64,000 nucleotides of DNA from a bacterium (GTDB lineage Bacteria > Bacteroidota > Ignavibacteria > Kapaibacteriales > UBA2268): NCBI GenBank assembly GCA_037127915.1, contig JBAXXL010000020.1:1822-65821 (forward strand). Reading direction: 5' to 3'. Positions 58,918 to 64,000 of the stretch are shown here, piece by piece (within the stretch, counting starts at the first letter, position 1; each line of letters opens with the position of its first letter). The notes under the pieces were generated by a model, which ran no database searches, had not been told where the DNA came from, and worked only from the letters and a program-made list of their open reading frames with translations. Both the position numbers and the translations under genes were made by a program.

Positions 58918-61670
58918 TGAACGAAATAATTGATAATACTTTGCTTGAACTTTTCCGAACGGAAATCGAAATCCATACATTGGCTTTGGAGGACGGTTTA
59001 TTGGATTTGGAAAAGTGCCAAACAGCGGAACAGATAAATCCACTTATGAGAGCGGCTCATTCTATAAAAGGAGCGGCGCGCATTGTTGGTTTGGATTTCG
59101 GAGTAGCTTTGGCTCACGCTATGGAGGATTTATTAAGTGCGGCGCAGGAAGGCAAAACCATATTGAATTCTCAGGACTTGGATTGGCTTTTAGAAGGAAA
59201 TGATATTTTCAAAATCCTTAAAACCGGCGAGCTGAGCAAAATCCCCAATCAATTAGACTCTGAAAAAGAACATATTGATAAACTGGTAAAATCACTGAAA
59301 CAATCTGTGACCAAGGAAAAAGAAGATAAAGCTACTTGTGAAGTACCTGAAATTATTGAAACAGTAGAGCAAAAAATCAAGAACAGCGCGGATGCGAAAG
59401 CGAAGCTGGTGAAACCCGACCCTATATTTGCACAAATTTTCCAAAGCCAACTTCTTAGCGGTTCGGAAGCAATAAAGAAAATCCTGAACGGTAAAGAAAC
59501 ATTGGAATCAGCTGAACTTGATGCGGTAGCAAAGAATATAGACCAGATTCAAGGTGGAGCGAAAATTATAGGATTTCATAACCTATCGGATATCTGCATT
59601 CAATCGAAGTTGATGCTTAATCATCACGATAAAATTGATTCATCGGAAACGAAAAGCGCTATTGAAGCTGTAATAGAAATAAACGATTTGTTTAATTATA
59701 TGGCAAGAAGCGCGGGTGATGATTTCTTTCAGATTTTTTATGACAACTACGAAAACATTCAAGAATTCTCCGCCAAAATTGAGAATTTGATAAAGCAATT
59801 TGAAATGCCGAAAAATTCAACTCCTGTCAAAGATGAAGAACCGCCTGAAATAACAATTGAGCCGACTATAAGCTCGGCAGAAGCTAAGAAAGCCGCGTAT
59901 AAAGCCGAGAAACTGGTAAAAAGCAAGGATGAGGTATTCGTTAAGGTATCAACAACGCACTTAAACAAAGTGATGGCTTATGCCAGCGAATCGCACGTCC
60001 AGGTCAACAATACAGCCGTTTTGGAAAAAGATATTCTTTCGGCAAAAAGCAAACTGATGAGCCTAATAACTGAGTTGGAATCTATGGATATATCCAACGA
60101 CACGGTAGTAGAATCCGCAGAGAAATATGCGGCATCGCTCCAATTGGCTTATAGTTGTCTGCGAGAAGTTACTTATTGCTACGAAAGATTTGAGCATTTA
60201 GCCGGGCGTTTAGATAGTGTTTCGGATAGACTTTACGATGCTACATTGCTGACCAGAATGGAACCGTTCTCGGAAGGAACTTTTGATTTCAAACGTAATG
60301 TTCGAGATTTGGCAAAAGAATTGGGTAAAGAAGTCAATTTGGTGATTGAAGGTGCGGGTGTGAATGTGGACCGCGATATATTAGAGAAACTGCAACCTCC
60401 GCTTATACATCTTCTGCGTAATGCCATTGACCACGGAATCGAAATGCCGGACGAAAGAGAGCGGATTGGAAAACCAAGAGTAGGTACAGTTGAAATCAAA
60501 GCTCGACATAGCGAAGGTCTTTTAATTATTACAGTCAGCGAAGACGGCCACGGTATAGATACAGAAAATCTACGAAAAAAAATCGTAGAAAAAGGTTTTG
60601 TAAGCGAAGACTTGAGTCAGTTTTTAGATAAAAATGAACTATACGAATTTCTGTTTTTACCGCGTTTTTCGACAAAAGAGCATGTATCGGAGATTTCGGG
60701 CCGTGGTGTTGGATTGGATGTAGTGTTCAACATGGTTCACGAAGTCGGCGGTGTGATAAGTATTGAATCTGTATTAGGAGTGGGAACCACATTCAAATTA
60801 AGATTACCTTTAACACTTTCGGTTATTAAAACTATTTTGATTTTAGTGAATAACGAAATTTATGCCCTTCCTATAAATAACATAGAGCGGATATATAAAA
60901 TCAAACGCCAGGATTTAAAACTTATCGAAAACAATTACTACTTCAATGTAAGCGACGAAACCGGTGCTGAAGAAAACATCGGCATTGTTTCCGGTAAAAG
61001 AATTTTATATAACGGTGATATTGGTATATTAGATGAAGTTATTAACGCGATAGTTTTGAATGATAGACAAAGCCGATACGGGCTGATTGCCGATAAAATA
61101 ATCGGGCAAAGCGAGTTAGTGGTTATGCCGCTCGACGGCAGATTAGGCAGTAAAATCCCGTTAATTAGTGCGGGTTCAATCTTAGATGATGGATCGGCGG
61201 TTTTGATTTTAGATACCGAGGATATGGTTCGTGCTATGGATGCGGAATTCAACAAGAAGAACCACACACATGATATGGATATTCCAAAAGATCACATCAA
61301 AAAGAAAATTTTAGTTGTTGATGATTCGATTACCGTTAGGGAATTGGAAAGGAAACTGCTTGAGAATAAAGGCTATGACGTAACGATAGGAATAGATGGT
61401 ATAGACGGTTGGAATTTAGCAAATAAAAATCAATTTGATCTCGTGGTTAGCGATATAGATATGCCGCGTATGAACGGTATAGATTTGGTTAAAAGATTGA
61501 AAACACATGCGCAATACCGCGATACTCCGATTATGATAGTATCGTATAAAGATAGAGAAGAAGATAAAATAGCAGGTAAAAACGCCGGAGCCAATTACTA
61601 TTTGACAAAAAGCAGTTTCGCAGATGATTCATTTATTTTAGCTGTCGAAGATTTGATAGGTGAGGCATAA
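58911..61670 (+). CDS. Hybrid CheA histidine kinase with two Hpt domains, HATPase, a CheW-like domain, and a C-terminal CheY-like receiver (WspE/FrzE-like)
   Basis: Hpt motif (AAHSIKGAARIVG). HATPase (HLLRNAIDHGIE...GRGVGLDVV...GTTF). Receiver domain (KILVVDDSITVRE...DLVVSDIDMPRMNG...K). Confidence 0.85.
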   Translation: MVMNEIIDNTLLELFRTEIEIHTLALEDGLLDLEKCQTAEQINPLMRAAHSIKGAARIVGLDFGVALAHAMEDLLSAAQEGKTILNSQDLDWLLEGNDIFKILKTGELSKIPNQLDSEKEHIDKLVKSLKQSVTKEKEDKATCEVPEIIETVEQKIKNSADAKAKLVKPDPIFAQIFQSQLLSGSEAIKKILNGKETLESAELDAVAKNIDQIQGGAKIIGFHNLSDICIQSKLMLNHHDKIDSSETKSAIEAVIEINDLFNYMARSAGDDFFQIFYDNYENIQEFSAKIENLIKQFEMPKNSTPVKDEEPPEITIEPTISSAEAKKAAYKAEKLVKSKDEVFVKVSTTHLNKVMAYASESHVQVNNTAVLEKDILSAKSKLMSLITELESMDISNDTVVESAEKYAASLQLAYSCLREVTYCYERFEHLAGRLDSVSDRLYDATLLTRMEPFSEGTFDFKRNVRDLAKELGKEVNLVIEGAGVNVDRDILEKLQPPLIHLLRNAIDHGIEMPDERERIGKPRVGTVEIKARHSEGLLIITVSEDGHGIDTENLRKKIVEKGFVSEDLSQFLDKNELYEFLFLPRFSTKEHVSEISGRGVGLDVVFNMVHEVGGVISIESVLGVGTTFKLRLPLTLSVIKTILILVNNEIYALPINNIERIYKIKRQDLKLIENNYYFNVSDETGAEENIGIVSGKRILYNGDIGILDEVINAIVLNDRQSRYGLIADKIIGQSELVVMPLDGRLGSKIPLISAGSILDDGSAVLILDTEDMVRAMDAEFNKKNHTHDMDIPKDHIKKKILVVDDSITVRELERKLLENKGYDVTIGIDGIDGWNLANKNQFDLVVSDIDMPRMNGIDLVKRLKTHAQYRDTPIMIVSYKDREEDKIAGKNAGANYYLTKSSFADDSFILAVEDLIGEA

Positions 61671-62668
61671 TGAAAAGCATTGCTATTATAGCACCCAATA
61701 TTGGGGATTATAAATTCATACACGAAATTTCAGGTAGCACAAGCGATGTAAAATTCTTTTGGGCGGGATACGAGTACAATGAAATAATTAACGGCATTGT
61801 AAACACGAAGCCCGATTTAATACTTTTAAGTATGAATTTTACTCTCTTAGATATTCCAAAGTTGATTAAAGATATTCTCTCGGTATACAAGTGCCCGCTA
61901 ATAGTATATATAGATGAAAGTAAAAATTCAGATGGTTTAATATTTGACGCCTTGAATGCCGGTGCCACAGACTATATTAAGCTTAAATTAGATTTGCCGT
62001 CAGCAGAGCTTAATAAGGAGTTGAATAAGAAATTCAGCAAAATTATCAATTCAAACAAAATATCTGCTAAAATTCATGATATACCTACATATAAAGAGGG
62101 TGATGAAAAGCAAAACCTTGTTATTATTGGTTCATCGACCGGTGGCCCTGCCGCTCTAATGGAAATTATTAAAAAACTTCCTAAAATGAAGGAAAGCTCC
62201 ATTGTGATTATTCAGCATATAGAACCGGACTATATCCAAGCATTGATTGAATGGCTGAGCTATCATTCAATAAATTTGGTTGAGGTTGCACAGAATAATC
62301 ACAAACTTGAAAAAGGGAAAATTTATCTTGCCAATGGGGGTGAGCATTTGTTAGTGGATAATCAGGGTTACTTCCGGTATACAAAAGATCCTGAGGAATA
62401 CCCTTATAAACCGTCCATAAACAGATTTTTCGAGTGCATTGCCGAATCACCGCTGTATTATGGAACTGCAGTAATACTAACCGGAATGGGACGTGACGGT
62501 TCTATTGGATTGCTGAAATTAAAAGAGAACAAATGGAGAACCATTGCTCAAGATGAGCAAAGTTCCGTTGTATATGGAATGCCGAAAGCCGCCAAAGAAA
62601 ACGGCGCGGCAGAAAACATATTAGGATTAAATGAGATAGTTGATAAAATCTCAAAAATTGTATATTAA
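61670..62668 (+). CDS. CheB-type methylesterase with a degenerate N-terminal receiver-like domain (WspF-like position)
   Basis: Catalytic region IIGSSTGGPAAL...IIQHI...ILTGMGRDG...AQDEQSSVVYGMPKAA. The N-terminal domain has Ser where the phospho-acceptor Asp is expected (PDLILLSMNF). Confidence 0.8.
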   Translation: MKSIAIIAPNIGDYKFIHEISGSTSDVKFFWAGYEYNEIINGIVNTKPDLILLSMNFTLLDIPKLIKDILSVYKCPLIVYIDESKNSDGLIFDALNAGATDYIKLKLDLPSAELNKELNKKFSKIINSNKISAKIHDIPTYKEGDEKQNLVIIGSSTGGPAALMEIIKKLPKMKESSIVIIQHIEPDYIQALIEWLSYHSINLVEVAQNNHKLEKGKIYLANGGEHLLVDNQGYFRYTKDPEEYPYKPSINRFFECIAESPLYYGTAVILTGMGRDGSIGLLKLKENKWRTIAQDEQSSVVYGMPKAAKENGAAENILGLNEIVDKISKIVY

Positions 62669-62684
62669 TAAAGATAGGTTTGAT

Positions 62685-63884
62685 ATGTCACTAATTACGA
62701 AACAATTTCAAGAAAAAATTTCGAATTTAAGAATAAAAGTACTATTAGTAGATGACCAAGCAATAGTTGGTGCGACAGTAAAAAAAATGTTAGAGGGCGA
62801 AACCGATATAGAGTTTAATTTTTGCCAAGACCCTACGCAGGCAATACAAACAGCTATTACGGTAGAACCAACAGTTATACTGCAAGATTTGGTAATGCCC
62901 GATATAGAAGGTCTTTCGTTGGTAAGGTTTTATCGTGGACATCCTGCCCTGAAAAATGTTCCGGTGATAGTACTATCGTCAAAAGAAGAAGCAATTACTA
63001 AGGCTGAATCTTTTGAGGTTGGAGCGAATGATTATTTGGTGAAACTACCGGATAAAATTGAGCTTATTGCACGTATCCGTTACCATTCAGCAGGTTATAT
63101 TTCTCTTTTGCAAAGGAATGCGGCATATGATGCTTTGGAGCAAAGTCAGAAAGAATTGCAAAGCGAGTTGAACAAAGCGGCTGATTATGTTATTTCACAA
63201 TTACCAAAAGAGCTCAAAGAAGGTCCCATCGAAACACATTGGCGGTATATTCCGTCTGCTCAATTAGGCGGTGACGCTTTTGGGTACCACTTTTTGGATA
63301 ACGATCACTTTGCTATGTATCTACTAGACGTTTGCGGACACGGTGTCGGCTCGGCATTACTTTCGGTTTCTGCTATGAATGTATTGCGATCGAGTAATTT
63401 AGCGGATTGCGATTTCAAAGACCCTGTTTCTGTAGCTCATGCTATGAATAAAAATTTCCAGATGCAGGATCATAATGATTTGTATTTCACTTTGATATAT
63501 GGTGTTTTTAATAATAAGACCCGAGATTTGGATTATATTTGCTGTGGCCACCCACCGGGATATCTAATTCATAAAGATGGAAAAGGTGAAGTCGTTCGCA
63601 ACGAAAACTTTTTCATTGGCGGTTTGCCGTTTTTTCCATTCGAAAAGAGCAAGATGAATTTACCCGTCGGCGCTTCGCTTTATATTTATTCAGATGGCGT
63701 TTATGAGATAGCTAACAAGGATGATAACTCGATATGGGCTATGGAAGATATGTTCGCGATTATTCAGGGAAACATCGGTAAAGAAAAATCAGAAATTGAT
63801 ATATTGAACGAATATGTACACGATTACAGTGGCTTGGAAATATTGGAAGATGATTTTTCAATGTTACGATTGACATTTAACTAA
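62685..63884 (+). CDS. Response regulator: a receiver domain fused to a PP2C-family (SpoIIE/RsbU-like) Ser/Thr phosphatase. It is the output of the chemosensory cluster.
   Basis: REC (KVLLVDDQAIV...ILQDLVMPDIEGL...VLSSKEE). PP2C/SpoIIE domain (GGDAFGYHFLDNDHFAMYLLDVCGHGVGSALLS...YSDGVYE). Start at MSLITKQF is chosen; the ORF track's TTG at 62640 overlaps cheB. Confidence 0.8.
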   Translation: MSLITKQFQEKISNLRIKVLLVDDQAIVGATVKKMLEGETDIEFNFCQDPTQAIQTAITVEPTVILQDLVMPDIEGLSLVRFYRGHPALKNVPVIVLSSKEEAITKAESFEVGANDYLVKLPDKIELIARIRYHSAGYISLLQRNAAYDALEQSQKELQSELNKAADYVISQLPKELKEGPIETHWRYIPSAQLGGDAFGYHFLDNDHFAMYLLDVCGHGVGSALLSVSAMNVLRSSNLADCDFKDPVSVAHAMNKNFQMQDHNDLYFTLIYGVFNNKTRDLDYICCGHPPGYLIHKDGKGEVVRNENFFIGGLPFFPFEKSKMNLPVGASLYIYSDGVYEIANKDDNSIWAMEDMFAIIQGNIGKEKSEIDILNEYVHDYSGLEILEDDFSMLRLTFN

Positions 63885-64000
63885 TTTTAAATAATTATTA
63901 AAATCTCCGTTTGCTAATCGATTTATTTTTATATTTTTGTTTTTAGCTTTTACTGTTAATTTTTGAAAGAGCTAAAATATTAGCCAGGGATAAAAGTTAT

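Overview
This 64-kb window comes from an AT-rich bacterium, probably in the Fibrobacteres/Bacteroidetes/Ignavibacteria-like (FCB) group. Several proteins carry type IX secretion (T9SS) C-terminal sorting domains, and there is a family of 'Fibrobacter succinogenes major paralogous domain' (FISUMP) proteins. Reading left to right:

1. 1-8057, minus strand: a tandem array of four paralogous signal-peptide proteins made of FISUMP and IPT/TIG repeats, each gene followed by a palindromic hairpin repeat.
2. 8249-13677, minus strand: three secreted hypothetical proteins, two with T9SS sorting domains. Their upstream regions share about 500 bp of conserved noncoding blocks. Copies of two palindromic repeat families sit in-frame inside one sorting-domain coding region.
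3. 14243-17513, plus strand: an orphan Rhs C-terminal toxin cassette with a papain/CHAP-like tip, translationally coupled to a tandem array of three mosaic lipoprotein genes that are presumably immunity proteins. The island is flanked by direct repeats.
4. 17818-22970, minus strand: housekeeping genes for a penicillin-binding protein 2-like transpeptidase, a Sua5/YrdC-family protein, a cydB with no adjacent cydA, engB, and a deoxyhypusine-synthase-like protein.
5. 23510-29441: a T9SS-secreted S8 subtilase of 1628 aa, preceded by a small secreted paralogue of its N-terminal domain.
6. 29718-48539: a complete str-S10-spc-alpha ribosomal superoperon running rpsL to rplQ. It includes rpmJ, which the ORF track missed, and it lacks adk and rpsD.
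7. A lolD-like ABC ATPase and a PAP2 phosphatase, separated by a roughly 370-bp palindromic insertion that duplicates their overlapping 3' ends.
8. A SIMPL-like protein, two hypothetical proteins, 75-bp tandem repeats, and an initiator tRNA-fMet.
9. 54262-63884: a chemosensory cluster in Wsp gene order (MCP, CheW, CheR-TPR, CheW, CheA-CheY, CheB, REC-PP2C) whose output domain is a PP2C phosphatase rather than a diguanylate cyclase.

The most unusual content is the repeat-flanked Rhs toxin and immunity island, the in-frame palindromic repeats inside a coding region, and the Wsp-like system with a phosphatase output.
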